Assembly (NCBI GenBank): GCA_000165345.1 | Contig: CM000431.1 | Span: forward strand, 704,001 to 768,000 | Direction: 5' to 3' | DNA: 64,000 nucleotides | Program-made: the position numbers and the translations under genes | Part shown: positions 41,200 to 52,800 of the stretch, one piece after another | How the letters are laid out: the number at the start of each line of letters is the position of its first letter | How positions within the stretch are numbered: position 1 is the stretch's first letter | The notes under the pieces: generated by a model | What the model saw: only the letters and a program-made list of their open reading frames with translations | Database searches by the model: none | What the model was told of the DNA's origin: nothing

Positions 41200-44100
41200 A
41201 TGAACAGAAACTCGATAATATCTCAATGCAACGTTGATCCCACTGTTTTCTTCTATTATTCAGGTAATAACTTCCACAAAAAATTGGGATTATATTTTAT
41301 TGATGATTTTACCTACGAAAATATTAATAAAATTTTTGAACACACAAATGAGTCAAAACTAACTTTTACTCCAGCTATTGGTGAAATATCAGACCCAATT
41401 TTTTCCGGAGAAACATCTATTGAATATTCATCCGAATTTTTCCCAAGATTTTCCTGGAGCAAAAACGATACTTTTGGTGCATTTACAACTGGTATTTCTC
41501 GCGAAATAAAAATATTGTATTTGAACAAGGGGCAACTCCAAATTTCAGAAGAGATTCATACTCCTGATTACTTTTGTTCTTGTCTTGAACTAAATAATTA
41601 TGTAAATTTTCATTTATTGGCTTCTTCCAATATTAAATATTTCAATTCTCAAAATTTCGCTCAAGGAATTATTTCTATAATCGATTCCAACACTAAACAA
41701 AACATTGTAAATTATCATAAAGGTTCTAGCTTCGAAAGACTTAATAATATTTCCGGATATCCTAATAATGTTAAGTGGATAAACTCCAACTGCTTGGTTT
41801 CTGGCTGGAAGCTTTGTAATTATTCAAGCCAATTGCATTTTTACGACATACGAGCTAAAGATGCAATTTTTGCTACCAATATTATGACCAATTGTAATGA
41901 ACTCCTAGCAGTTAGCCAAACTGGAGGTAATTATTTACTTTCCAGTAACTTAAATAACATTATTTGTATATTTGATATAAGGTTTATGAAAAATGAACCA
42001 AGACAAAATATTATTCAAACATTAAACTGCATTTATTTTAATGATAATGAGATCAACGATATACAGTGGTTTCCAAATGGAGAACTCAATATTTCAATTT
42101 ATACTAATGATGGGATCTTTATTGCAGAGTTAAATAAAGAAATAAACTCACATATATCTTTTGAAGCATACAAGTCAGATAATCGTTTTGAAAATATCTA
42201 TTGGAATGAAAATTTAATCAAGCATTACAAGCCATTAAGTCTTAAAGAAGATTTCAGCGATACATTTTGTTGGGTTAATTATTTTGGAGGAAGTAACAAT
42301 AAACATTCATTAGTATACACAACTTCTGAGTCTGCATATCTTTTATCAAATTTAGAAATTAAAATTAATTCTTTTCCTACCTTTCGAATTTCTCCACTGG
42401 ATTCTCATTCAATAGATACGAAACATAAGCCTCAAAAAATTAATTACAGGGTTTCAAATTCTCCAAAATTGTTTGGTTACTCATGGATTCCATATAGGAT
42501 AATAAAATACTATAAAAATGATAAGAAAATTGAAGAGTACAACTGCATAGAGTTATTGAGAAGACTTGAGAACATAAATTCAACAGAAGCTAGAAATTTG
42601 GTCATTAATCAAAATGATCAGAAAAAGTTAATTGATATTGGAATTTTCCCATTAGCATTAAATAACTTAACTAATATTATAAAAATTATTAAATCTGCTT
42701 CTCATGCATTTAATTACTTATCAACTTTACCTAATCGAATTATTCATTGGAAAGATATTTTGAGGCAATTTAACAAGCAAGGCCTATTTAGTGGTGAAAA
42801 CGTGTCTGTTTTAGATAAATTAATGTTACCAGGAATCAGAGACTTAGTTTATATTTTTAAGTTGGAAGCAGGGAATAGTGATATATCTACCCAGCTGAGA
42901 TTTATTAATGTCAAGTATGAAGATTTAGAAAATAAGTCTTCTAAATGCTTGAATATGAGAGAAAATTTTCATCACATTGAAATATTTTGTTCTCCTTTTA
43001 GAGAGAAGTTAATAAATCTTTTTGGAGTATCCTCATTTATTATTGAAACGCCTATCTTTATAGACAATAATGACCCAATTCAATTAGAATCATTTTTAAT
43101 CACATTTTTTTGGAACTGCATTACACTTCAATACCAGAATTTTATTTCTCACGGTGATAAGCTATCAAATATTCTTGATAATTTTATTGATAATGAAAAT
43201 AAGCTACTCAAATCCTCTTTTTTAAAAAATATTAAGTTGTTTTTTAATTCTGCTGGGATTTTTATTTCGAATTTATATTCTTCAGAAGAACTAAATAAAA
43301 TTTCTTTAAGCAGAAAAGATATTCAGTTCTACTACTATTCAATTATTTCAACAAGCGAACATTTACTAGATGAAGATTATTACTTGCCTATTTGGAACAG
43401 CAACATTCATTTTGAATCTAGTCTTCAACTTTCAATAAGATTTATTGTTGCATTTTCCAAATTTATTAATATCCATGATCAAAACAAGCAATTTTCTTCA
43501 TATTTATTGGATGAACTATTAATTCCTTCCATGAGAATAAACTCTTATATTTATATTCCTGCTAATTTGTTACTTTTGATTGGAATTTATTATTTACCTT
43601 TGGAGGAAATTTGTAACTTGATAGAAATAATTATAAGAAAAATGGCTCAAAATGGTTTTTTAGATGGAATATCAATTTTAGGGTTTAATACATTTACTGA
43701 TGAAACATTTTTGTTAAGAAGTTTTCCTGATAACTACAACTCTGAACAATTTGAAACCTTTCTCGGGAATTTCAATTTGAACGAAAATCTTGATTCGATA
43801 TTTTTAGAGCCAGAAAATAATATAAATAAAAATTTTGGTTATAATTTGAGCTCTCAAGTATTTCTTAATTTAATTTTTCGCAAATATTTATCTCTTTCAT
43901 TTGGAGATATTCAAACAGTTGCATTAATTGGATCGTGTATTCCTAATCTCTCTGGTGGTCTCAAAAAAAATATGGAATTATTAAAGATTTGCATTGATGA
44001 ATACAAAGATTTATTGAAGAATAACTCTTTAATATATTATCTAATTTATAGCTCAAACATAATCGGCCTTTTAAAAAATGGATCTAAATCCGCAAAATTT

Positions 44101-44796
44101 ACTTATAATAATGTATCGGGCATACTTTATGAGCTTAATATCCTAAGATCGAGTTACTATAAAATGATTCATATTGACCAGGATCAATTAAAGCCACTAT
44201 TACCAACTGGGAATATATTATTTTGCTATTATTGCGAGCAGCCATTATGCCAAGCATATTTCGAGCAGAGTTGCTTTTTTGAAAAAAGCAATTCGAACAT
44301 GGATTGTAATTCAATAATTTCTCAATCATTCAATACAGACCTTTCTGAAGTTCAATTAGACAAAAAAGAAATAGTTTTTAAGAATATTTATAATAGAGAC
44401 TATCAGGTAGGATATTCGTTACGTTGGACAAGCAGTAATAAATCAAGTATAAATAGTTTAATTCAACCTGAAGCTATTCAAAGTTTGGAGTTATCATCTA
44501 TGATCTTAAACTGCCCTAATAAATATTGTAACAAACCTCTACCAAGATGCGTAATTTGTTTGACAGAAATGTCTATCAATGTGATTAGTAATTCAATCAA
44601 TGATGACGCTGCGCAAAAGGACTGTACTCAACAATGTAATTATAATAAATTGAGTAAATGGTATACTTGGTGTTTGCATTGCCACCATGGCGGATGTTTT
44701 AAACATATCAGTGAATGGTTTGAGTGTTTTGATGAATGCCCTGTACCGGAGTGCAATTGTTGGTGTAATTCAGTAGATCGTTGGCACAAATTATAA
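41200..44796 (+). CDS. WD40-repeat protein with a C-terminal GATOR2/SEACAT-type zinc finger (Mios/WDR24/WDR59 = Sea4/Sea2/Sea3-like).
   Basis: N-terminal region has WD-like strands (…DIQWFPNGELNISIYTNDGIFIAEL…). C-terminal 100 aa (nt ~44527-44796): CNKPLPRCVICLTEM…WCLHCHHGGCFKHISEWFECFDECPVPECNCWC resembles the GATOR2 RING signature C-x2-C…C-x2-C-x-H-G-G-H…W…CP-x-G-C-x-C-x-C. Confidence 0.5.
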   Translation: MNRNSIISQCNVDPTVFFYYSGNNFHKKLGLYFIDDFTYENINKIFEHTNESKLTFTPAIGEISDPIFSGETSIEYSSEFFPRFSWSKNDTFGAFTTGISREIKILYLNKGQLQISEEIHTPDYFCSCLELNNYVNFHLLASSNIKYFNSQNFAQGIISIIDSNTKQNIVNYHKGSSFERLNNISGYPNNVKWINSNCLVSGWKLCNYSSQLHFYDIRAKDAIFATNIMTNCNELLAVSQTGGNYLLSSNLNNIICIFDIRFMKNEPRQNIIQTLNCIYFNDNEINDIQWFPNGELNISIYTNDGIFIAELNKEINSHISFEAYKSDNRFENIYWNENLIKHYKPLSLKEDFSDTFCWVNYFGGSNNKHSLVYTTSESAYLLSNLEIKINSFPTFRISPLDSHSIDTKHKPQKINYRVSNSPKLFGYSWIPYRIIKYYKNDKKIEEYNCIELLRRLENINSTEARNLVINQNDQKKLIDIGIFPLALNNLTNIIKIIKSASHAFNYLSTLPNRIIHWKDILRQFNKQGLFSGENVSVLDKLMLPGIRDLVYIFKLEAGNSDISTQLRFINVKYEDLENKSSKCLNMRENFHHIEIFCSPFREKLINLFGVSSFIIETPIFIDNNDPIQLESFLITFFWNCITLQYQNFISHGDKLSNILDNFIDNENKLLKSSFLKNIKLFFNSAGIFISNLYSSEELNKISLSRKDIQFYYYSIISTSEHLLDEDYYLPIWNSNIHFESSLQLSIRFIVAFSKFINIHDQNKQFSSYLLDELLIPSMRINSYIYIPANLLLLIGIYYLPLEEICNLIEIIIRKMAQNGFLDGISILGFNTFTDETFLLRSFPDNYNSEQFETFLGNFNLNENLDSIFLEPENNINKNFGYNLSSQVFLNLIFRKYLSLSFGDIQTVALIGSCIPNLSGGLKKNMELLKICIDEYKDLLKNNSLIYYLIYSSNIIGLLKNGSKSAKFTYNNVSGILYELNILRSSYYKMIHIDQDQLKPLLPTGNILFCYYCEQPLCQAYFEQSCFFEKSNSNMDCNSIISQSFNTDLSEVQLDKKEIVFKNIYNRDYQVGYSLRWTSSNKSSINSLIQPEAIQSLELSSMILNCPNKYCNKPLPRCVICLTEMSINVISNSINDDAAQKDCTQQCNYNKLSKWYTWCLHCHHGGCFKHISEWFECFDECPVPECNCWCNSVDRWHKL

Positions 44797-44867
44797 TTGG
44801 TAAAATTTTCTACTTTAATATTCACTATAGGTATCTATTAATTTTCTGTCTATTATTTTTTCAATAG

Positions 44868-47800
44868 TCAATGATTAGTATCTGCTTCGTTTATTTTAAC
44901 ATTGACATTATCATCTTGCTCTACGTTGCCAAGCGATTCATTGCTTGACTGCTCCATCTCCATAATTGAGTCAGCAATCCTTGATTCATATCTCAATGAG
45001 ATTAACCATATTATTCCGATTACAATGCTAATTGCAAAACCTATAAACGTGGCAAAATTTAAAATAACGATAAGAGTGTCTTTGGTTCTACCGACCATCC
45101 CACAAAACGTAACGATCCCATTTGTAAAGTCAACTGAAACTTGTCCACAATTATGAGCTTCTGTCTTTATACTATTTAAAATCATTGCACTCCCAAACAT
45201 TTTCCTTATTCTATCGTTTAGAACCAAATTTAGTCTCTCGACCTCATTAGCTGCAAAGTTAGTTGGGTTAATTAAATAATCGTAACTAATACTGGCAATG
45301 TACTCTTGGAATTCAACGTATTTGCATGTATTATTATAGTATTTAATATAAAGGCTGTTATTTCCAAAATTGGGAATTTCCTTTATTCCTTCAATATCTA
45401 TCCAAGAAAATGGATAACAAAAAAAATTGTGATTATACAATTCCATTGATTTCTTTACCCATACTAGCGTATGTTTAAAGCTCGAAATTGGATAGTCCTT
45501 AAAATGTTTATTATCTTTATGATATTTTTCTATGGCTAGCTGATCAATGTCTGTGTCTGCTGAAATGATTAGATTCTCTTCTGAATTTGTATTATCCTCT
45601 GTAATAGAAGATGTTGGCTCAAATATATTTTCTAAGCTAGATAATTTTGAAGTAGGATTCTCCTCAGTTTTCTCTTGTTTTCCGTTAATAGTATCTGAAG
45701 TATCTACCAAGTATTTTATTTTAAATGGGTATATTATTGATTCAAGAACTTCCAAGCCAGGAACCTTAATTGGCAATGACTGAGAAATCATTAAAGTTGA
45801 AACATTAGAATTAGGACTGCTACATAGAGCAGTGTATGTAGTGTAGCCGAATATAGAACTTTTCATTAGCCAATTTTCTTCTTTGTAGCTCTGAGTTATT
45901 AAAACTAATACAGGCACGTCTTGTTCATCTGGTGTAGATTTCTCCACATCTGGAAAGTACATTAAAGAATATTTTATGTAGTCTGTTATATTCATGTAAT
46001 TAAAACATTGTTCTGCTATTGCTTGGCTGGTGGAAATAATATTGATATATTCTGGAACAATTTTTGACATATCATTGACAAAAGAGCCTGGTAGCAATTG
46101 AACTAATAAATAGGATAGACTGCTTTCTATTGGAGCATCGTCCAACAAACCAACTATTTCCTGATTACCGAACCTTTCAGCAAGTAAAATATCATTTGAG
46201 TTACTTTTTAGTAGTTCATTATTATAATTCAAAAACAAATTGGAAATAAAGTCATTTTTATTCATTGCTCTGCTTTTTGTACTCAAATCTCCCAAGTATA
46301 ATTCACTTTTTAAACTCTCGTTACTAAACAAGTGATTCTGATTCAACAAAAATCGAGGGCTTTTATTTGAATAGTTGAAAAATATGTCTTTAATATTTTC
46401 GCTATCTTTGGACTCATCACTCTGAAGTTTATTAAATAAATCTAAATATATATGATTTTTTATTCCATGATATTCTAAAACCCTTATCCTATCAGTTATA
46501 AAATCTTTTTCATTAAGATATCTTTTGTTATCACTTTTAATCTTAATATACGATGCAAGTGGATACATACATATACTCATAATCATTCCTAATTCGGGAC
46601 TTACAGTTGAAATCCAATTCATCCCTATTGGACTAAACAAATCACTAACTATCCAACCACAATAGTCTTTCCCTACTGTTCCTGAAACCGTTAGAGTATA
46701 TGAAACAAATGAAACAAATGTAGACAATCCCATAAATATGAATGCGACAGCAACCAATGCTGACCTACTTTGGAAAAATCCAATGTGACTTCTTCCAGAT
46801 AAGAATAGTTTTATGTGAAGAATTGAAAAAATAATTGAAATTACTCCAATTATTGTAGATGAAACGCATAGCACTGTAATTATTACAAACACAATGTTGC
46901 TTGCAGTCCTAGATACATTTAAAAATAATAAAATGTATGAAATAAATTTTTTGAAAATTTCAAAGTATTCATTAACACTAAATGACATTGATGAAGTATC
47001 CACTGATTTTATAATGTCAGTTATTTTATTTAAAACCGGAATCATAGAGTTAAATAAAGTTTCATTCACTGGCATAAATGAATTTACAGCATTTAATACA
47101 GAGTTCTTAAGTAATTCTTTGGCCGGAATATACCAATCAATTCCATTAGGATTAATTACTGATGAATTGGTAAAAACATTTGCTAATTCATTTAGTCTTA
47201 TACTTAGAGCAGTTGGAAACCCTGCACTTCTAATGTAATTAATTGTGTCTTTAAAAAATTCAATTAATGTTTCAACTGAACCCAATTCCTGAAATAAACC
47301 GTAAAGTGGTAGTGATCCAATGAATGGAACTGTTGTATTTGTTTTCAAGAATGATTTTGCAATACTGAACGAACCTGAAGTTGTGTTAATATTTATATTG
47401 CCATTTGAAAATGCATCCGCTCCAATTGCAAACCAACAAACTGATGTTAAAAAAGAATCAGAAAAGGCAAAAAAGTTTACAATAATCACAATAGAAAGAG
47501 TAATATAAATAACACATAGTCCACATAATAGGGTACTCAATATATATATACTCAGTTTTACTTTCCATAATCCGTTTGATGTTTCTTCAAATGAAACAAC
47601 TCTGTCGTTCATTACTCTGCACAAAACAAACCCAAGAGATACGGCAATAAAGGTAAAGATTGAAATACCAAAAATTATACAACTGGCAATTTCTCTCCAA
47701 ATCAATGCATCTAAATAGCTGGATATCAGCGGTTTAAGATTTATGTGAGTTTTATTGGAATCTGCAATGATTGCATTTTCAAAAATTATTCCTGCTAAGA

Positions 47801-48080
47801 CACTATAATCTGAATGCCACGATTTGAACGATTCCCACATTTCCTTTTTATAAGCGAGATCACTTTCTTGAAGTTTGTCGTACCTCCCACAGTTTTCAGA
47901 GACAAATTCTTCCAGAGTAGATACCCTGGAATAATTAATAACTTGCTGTGCCTTTTCAAGGCTAGATAAAATATATGGAGTGCTAACTGACCATGGTATA
48001 TCTGTTAAGGAGGCCTCAACTTTACCAAAAAGGTATATACATATACAAAAGATGGATGTTATGCAATATTTAACAGACAT
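44868..48080 (-). CDS. Signal-peptide-bearing multi-pass membrane glycoprotein (1,070 aa), prominin/tweety-like topology, acidic cytoplasmic tail.
   Basis: N-terminal hydrophobic signal (MSVKYCITSIFCICIYLFGKVEAS). TM helices at ~aa 120-145, 175-215, 375-420 and 440-465, a large Cys-containing loop, a last TM at ~aa 985-1015 (LIVILNFATFIGFAISIVIGIIWLISL), then a tail ending …EQDDNVNVKINEADTNH. Many N-x-S/T sites in the predicted luminal loops. Confidence 0.6.
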   Translation of the reverse strand: MSVKYCITSIFCICIYLFGKVEASLTDIPWSVSTPYILSSLEKAQQVINYSRVSTLEEFVSENCGRYDKLQESDLAYKKEMWESFKSWHSDYSVLAGIIFENAIIADSNKTHINLKPLISSYLDALIWREIASCIIFGISIFTFIAVSLGFVLCRVMNDRVVSFEETSNGLWKVKLSIYILSTLLCGLCVIYITLSIVIIVNFFAFSDSFLTSVCWFAIGADAFSNGNININTTSGSFSIAKSFLKTNTTVPFIGSLPLYGLFQELGSVETLIEFFKDTINYIRSAGFPTALSIRLNELANVFTNSSVINPNGIDWYIPAKELLKNSVLNAVNSFMPVNETLFNSMIPVLNKITDIIKSVDTSSMSFSVNEYFEIFKKFISYILLFLNVSRTASNIVFVIITVLCVSSTIIGVISIIFSILHIKLFLSGRSHIGFFQSRSALVAVAFIFMGLSTFVSFVSYTLTVSGTVGKDYCGWIVSDLFSPIGMNWISTVSPELGMIMSICMYPLASYIKIKSDNKRYLNEKDFITDRIRVLEYHGIKNHIYLDLFNKLQSDESKDSENIKDIFFNYSNKSPRFLLNQNHLFSNESLKSELYLGDLSTKSRAMNKNDFISNLFLNYNNELLKSNSNDILLAERFGNQEIVGLLDDAPIESSLSYLLVQLLPGSFVNDMSKIVPEYINIISTSQAIAEQCFNYMNITDYIKYSLMYFPDVEKSTPDEQDVPVLVLITQSYKEENWLMKSSIFGYTTYTALCSSPNSNVSTLMISQSLPIKVPGLEVLESIIYPFKIKYLVDTSDTINGKQEKTEENPTSKLSSLENIFEPTSSITEDNTNSEENLIISADTDIDQLAIEKYHKDNKHFKDYPISSFKHTLVWVKKSMELYNHNFFCYPFSWIDIEGIKEIPNFGNNSLYIKYYNNTCKYVEFQEYIASISYDYLINPTNFAANEVERLNLVLNDRIRKMFGSAMILNSIKTEAHNCGQVSVDFTNGIVTFCGMVGRTKDTLIVILNFATFIGFAISIVIGIIWLISLRYESRIADSIMEMEQSSNESLGNVEQDDNVNVKINEADTNH

Positions 48081-48198
48081 TTTGCTCCATTTTTCAAAGT
48101 TAAATAGGCTTCATGTAATTCAGAGTCGAAATTCACATTTTGGCGCTAGTACATTCGAAAACTTTTAATTAAATAGAAGTAATAAAAATAATTGTTTA

Positions 48199-49830
48199 TT
48201 AAATATTTTTTTCTTGTAAGATTTTACAAATTCTAAGTAATTCCCTACATGAACTAACTACATTGCACTTAACTTGCTCGATATCTTTAATATCCTTTGC
48301 ACTGTTGTACAAATTCTTAGTGATTTCTAATAAGCTTTCATTAAGTTTAGGCGCATTTGAATTTAATTCAGGCTCTGAATTTAAGTTACACCTTATTTGA
48401 GAATAATGTATGTCTCTATGTTCAAAAAAATGGCTTCTTTGATTGGATAATAGGACCTTTTTGTAGTTTTTATCATCAAAAGCTGAGCCACTTAATAATT
48501 TAGGCGAATTTAAGCACTCGTTTTCAGCAGAAACAGTGTAGCATAGTGATTTTGCGTTCGATAATATTTCAAGTGGACTAATAGATAAGTTTGATTGATT
48601 AACTATTAATTTCAACGTATGGTTAAAGTCAGAGTTTACTATTGCACTTCTTCTTGCAAGTAGTATTGAAATAGCAATAAAATTTACTATTGGTAAAGAT
48701 GATTCAACTGCTTCACAGACCTCTTTATTTATATTTTTTCTCCCTTTTGCAGAACCATCCATTAAAATTTCGCTATTAGAGAATTTCCCATTTTGAAGGG
48801 CATCACAAAAGATGCCTTCCCAAATTATAATTGAATTATTCAAATCGGAAAATTCTCTAGAAAATAAAAGTCTAATCCATCTTAAAAAAATAAGTTGGGG
48901 TTCAATTTCATGCTCTCTATATAGATGAATAAACAGCTCATAATCTACCTTTTCTAAAATGCCATAAATATTTATACATCTATGTACTATCGGAGGTTTA
49001 TTCGAATCATCGTTTTTCATTGAATTATTATCATTTGAATTACACTCATTGTATGTGGATTTAAACATATATTTTAAACCAAAAACATTCATAACAGAAT
49101 TAAACATAATATAAGTATCTGCTTCTATTGAATCGCTCCTAAAAATGTGTTCTAAACTGAAATTATCTCCATTGTATTCATTCTTTGACTCTAGACCATT
49201 AGAATAAACTCTATTATCAACAATTTTCTGACTGTGATTTATCAAAAATAAAATTGCAGCAATTTCATTCATTCCCTGCTTGTATCCCAGATCAGGGTTC
49301 TCGCGTGTCCATGTGAACAATATTCTTTGCAAAAGTTGTCTCGTATTTGAGTCAGAAAAAAGTTGTCGTTCAGAATAGGTTCTTGTGACGTCTTTCCAAA
49401 TTTCATCTAATAATTCACCATTTTTGTGTTGTTCATTCCACGGGTTATTAGCAATCTGAGATAGAGGATGAAACTTTAAAGGGTCCATTGAAGTAACTTT
49501 ACTAATATCTAATTTATTTTTGTTAAAAGAGCGAGAATAATTGCTTCTCTCCATTTCTAGTAATTCGTGAATTTTTTTATAGCAATCATGAATTGAAAGC
49601 GAAAAAAAATCAACAGGGATAATTCTGAGTAGAATCATCCACTTAAGACGTGGGATATCCAATATATTTTCATTTTTTCCTTGTACATATTTTACATTAC
49701 AAACATTTTCGGTATATTTAATAAAGTTTTGTTTTGGATTACCTTTCAAATATTCAAAAAAATCTATAAAGCTTGAATCTTCGATTTTTGAATAGTACTC
49801 GTCATTCTCAAAAACTTCAAAATCTGTCAT
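48199..49830 (-). CDS. TBC-domain Rab GTPase-activating protein.
   Basis: TBC Arg- and Gln-finger region RQLLQRILFTWTRENPDLGYKQGMNEIAAILFL (nt ~49180-49290), matching I..D..RT…Y.QGM. Start codon lies 32 bp downstream of the preceding gene's stop. Confidence 0.75.
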   Translation of the reverse strand: MTDFEVFENDEYYSKIEDSSFIDFFEYLKGNPKQNFIKYTENVCNVKYVQGKNENILDIPRLKWMILLRIIPVDFFSLSIHDCYKKIHELLEMERSNYSRSFNKNKLDISKVTSMDPLKFHPLSQIANNPWNEQHKNGELLDEIWKDVTRTYSERQLFSDSNTRQLLQRILFTWTRENPDLGYKQGMNEIAAILFLINHSQKIVDNRVYSNGLESKNEYNGDNFSLEHIFRSDSIEADTYIMFNSVMNVFGLKYMFKSTYNECNSNDNNSMKNDDSNKPPIVHRCINIYGILEKVDYELFIHLYREHEIEPQLIFLRWIRLLFSREFSDLNNSIIIWEGIFCDALQNGKFSNSEILMDGSAKGRKNINKEVCEAVESSLPIVNFIAISILLARRSAIVNSDFNHTLKLIVNQSNLSISPLEILSNAKSLCYTVSAENECLNSPKLLSGSAFDDKNYKKVLLSNQRSHFFEHRDIHYSQIRCNLNSEPELNSNAPKLNESLLEITKNLYNSAKDIKDIEQVKCNVVSSCRELLRICKILQEKNI

Positions 49831-49862
49831 TGTAAAATTTCACAATAATACAAATCGCAAAA

Positions 49863-52800
49863 TTACTTAGTCAAATTCCCCGCAAAATCTTTCGCATTAT
49901 AATTGGAGAAATTTATTTTTTTTTCATGGATATTTGATAGTAGGAAATCAAGGCGTTTTTCAAAAAAACTTATATAAAAACTGCTGTTTTCAAATATATC
50001 TTCTCTATTATTAATCTCCCTATATTTGGAAATTATAATCAATTTTCTAATTGATATCACAAAAGTTAAAATGCTTACTTCATCAATTAAAACGCTCCCA
50101 AAAAGTTCGATACTTATTAGTTGGGTCGGACACTCCTTTATACAATCATAAACTCTTTTAAACAGATTAATTTGACTCTTTATTTGCGTCCCCCATTGTT
50201 CAAAATGGAGCTCAATTTTCGATATTTCATCTGAATTTAGTGTTTTTTGGCTTATAGCTTTAAAATATTTGAAAATCTGACAAGTTGCTACCTGGGAAAT
50301 ATTCAAATATTCGTTACAAATATTATCAATCTCCCTTGGGAAAAATACGGAGTTATTTTGAGTTTCCATACTCCGTAAACTTTCAGATATTACGTCCAAG
50401 ATTATTATCGAAAATAAACATGAATTCTGGTCATTAAGCAAGACAATTTGTTTAATTTGATTTTCGTATTCGTTATAGCAATTTAAGCCACTGCCGTGAG
50501 AATCTTCATTTTGATGTAAGAAGTTACTACAGAAATATTTGATAATATGGATAAACGAATTAAAAGTAAGAATTGCTTTATTTTCGATGGACGCAGCTTC
50601 GTCAGTTATTAAATAAATTAAACAAACCATTAAGTTGTACCAATAATTGTGGTTAAAACACAACAAAAAAAGAATTGTTCCTTCATGAATATCATTAATG
50701 CCAATTTTTGTACAGAATAAGTTTCTAATTCTATCATTTTTTTCAACTTTTATTTCCAAAAATAATTCAGTTTCCAGAGATTCAAAAATAGTTCTTATTA
50801 TTTTGCAGATCAAACATTTTTTTTCAAGTGTTAACTGTGTTCCATTACATATGTTGTTACAAACCATCTTTAAGATTTTATCAAATACTATCTTTTCAAG
50901 TTCGTATACTATAAAATACGGAATACTATCATGTCTTGCTATATTTTTGTAAAACCTAATAAAAAAAATAGAAAATTCCAAAATCGCAATTTGATCTTCG
51001 AAAAAGAATCTTCCAATTTTGCTGTTTATTAAATCTATATCAGTTTTTTCCTCAGAGTTTTCATCTTCACCTTCGCTAGTCTTATATTTAGAAAGCTCTT
51101 GGTGATAAATCAGGTCAAAAACAGACTCTATTATTGAATCAGATTGTTCGTTTTCTAAAAAAACAAAAGACAACTTATAATTATAACCAATAAAAGATAA
51201 GCACCCTGTCAATACTTTAACTAAGTCTGTTAATATTGATAATTTTCTAATTTTCGTCTTCTCATTTATGTATTGCTCTTTATTGTTTGCTGAAATTAAA
51301 TGTTTTATGGACTTTAAATTGTTATCAATTAAGTTAAAAAGTTTCTGAACGAAGGTATCCTTCTTTTCTGATATAGATAGAATGTCAATAATTGACGAGT
51401 AGAATTCAAGTAAAATTTTCGGATGAATGATTTTATCAAAGGCTGGAGATAAACAAATTAATGAGTTTAATTCTCCAGAATCAATATATTTAAAAACATT
51501 ATTAACAATTATTTTTATCAAGTATATATGCTCTGATAGATTTTCATTAAAATAGTTCTTTGGATGACTTATTGATAAATATAGATTATTGTTTAGATTA
51601 GAGAAATCTATATAAAGTGTTTTAGATTTTGAACTGATGTTTTTCCAATAATAAATTAGATTTTCCAAACAATTCGATTTTTCATTTATAGGAAATTCAA
51701 GTTCAAATAACAAACTCATTAGTTCTAACGCCGTTATTCTTAATAGTGGATGCTTAAATGTTGTAAAGCTATCTCTAATAAAAACCAACAAATTTTCGTA
51801 AATTGAATTGTCTATAGATTTGAAAGAATTCCAACAAGATTGATTTTTAAATTTTTTCATCAGAACAATTCCCAAATTTAGAATTCCATGAATTAAGTTA
51901 TATTTATTCTCTGAATTGTTAATCGAAAATTTGATAGATTGAAAAATTAAATTTAGTAAAGAATTGGCTTTAGAAGCTTGATTATTCGAGTTATTGATAA
52001 AAATTTCAAGCAGGATTCCATCTAAATTTGCATTAGAAATTTCATTTAGTGGATGTAAACTCAAATTAGGGATATTTAATGTTAAAAAAATAATCTCTCC
52101 CAATAACTTTGAAGAATACATTCTAACGAAATATGAACTTGAATAAATTGATTTAATAATGCAAATAGCAAGCTCGTATGAGCAATCTGCCCATGAAATA
52201 GATATTTCAGTAAGTAGTAACAGAACCATTCCTTGAAATTGCGTATGAGTAGAATTTAGCAAAATATCAATAATGCATGGCTCAAAAATACCTGAAATTC
52301 TTTTAATCGATTTTAGTGAAAAACGGGTAGAAGTATTGATTTCAGATATCAAAGAATTAACACAATTATAATCAAATTGTTTATTTAATACGATTGATAA
52401 AACATCTTTGAGCACTTTATTAAATAAAATGGGTAAGTCGTCTGACCCCGGTGTGGTTTTAAAATCATTATTAAGAATTTCGCATCGATTGTTCGTCTTG
52501 CTAATATATTCAATATTACTTTCTATTCCGTTTGCTTTGAAACTAAACCTTTTCAAAAGTGCAGACATTAAATTCAATGAAGAATTGCATAAAGCAAACC
52601 CGTTTTCGTCTTTAACTTTCAAATCGTATATTTTAATATTATTGAATGCTGAAAATAAAGAACCACATAGTAAACTCAGATCAAAAATTTCGCAAAGAGT
52701 ATTTGTTCCAGAACTGCTTTTTGATTTAGAAATTAATTTTGCGAGGATATGATTAGAGTGAATACTGCATCTATAACGCTGGAATAAAATATAATCAGAA

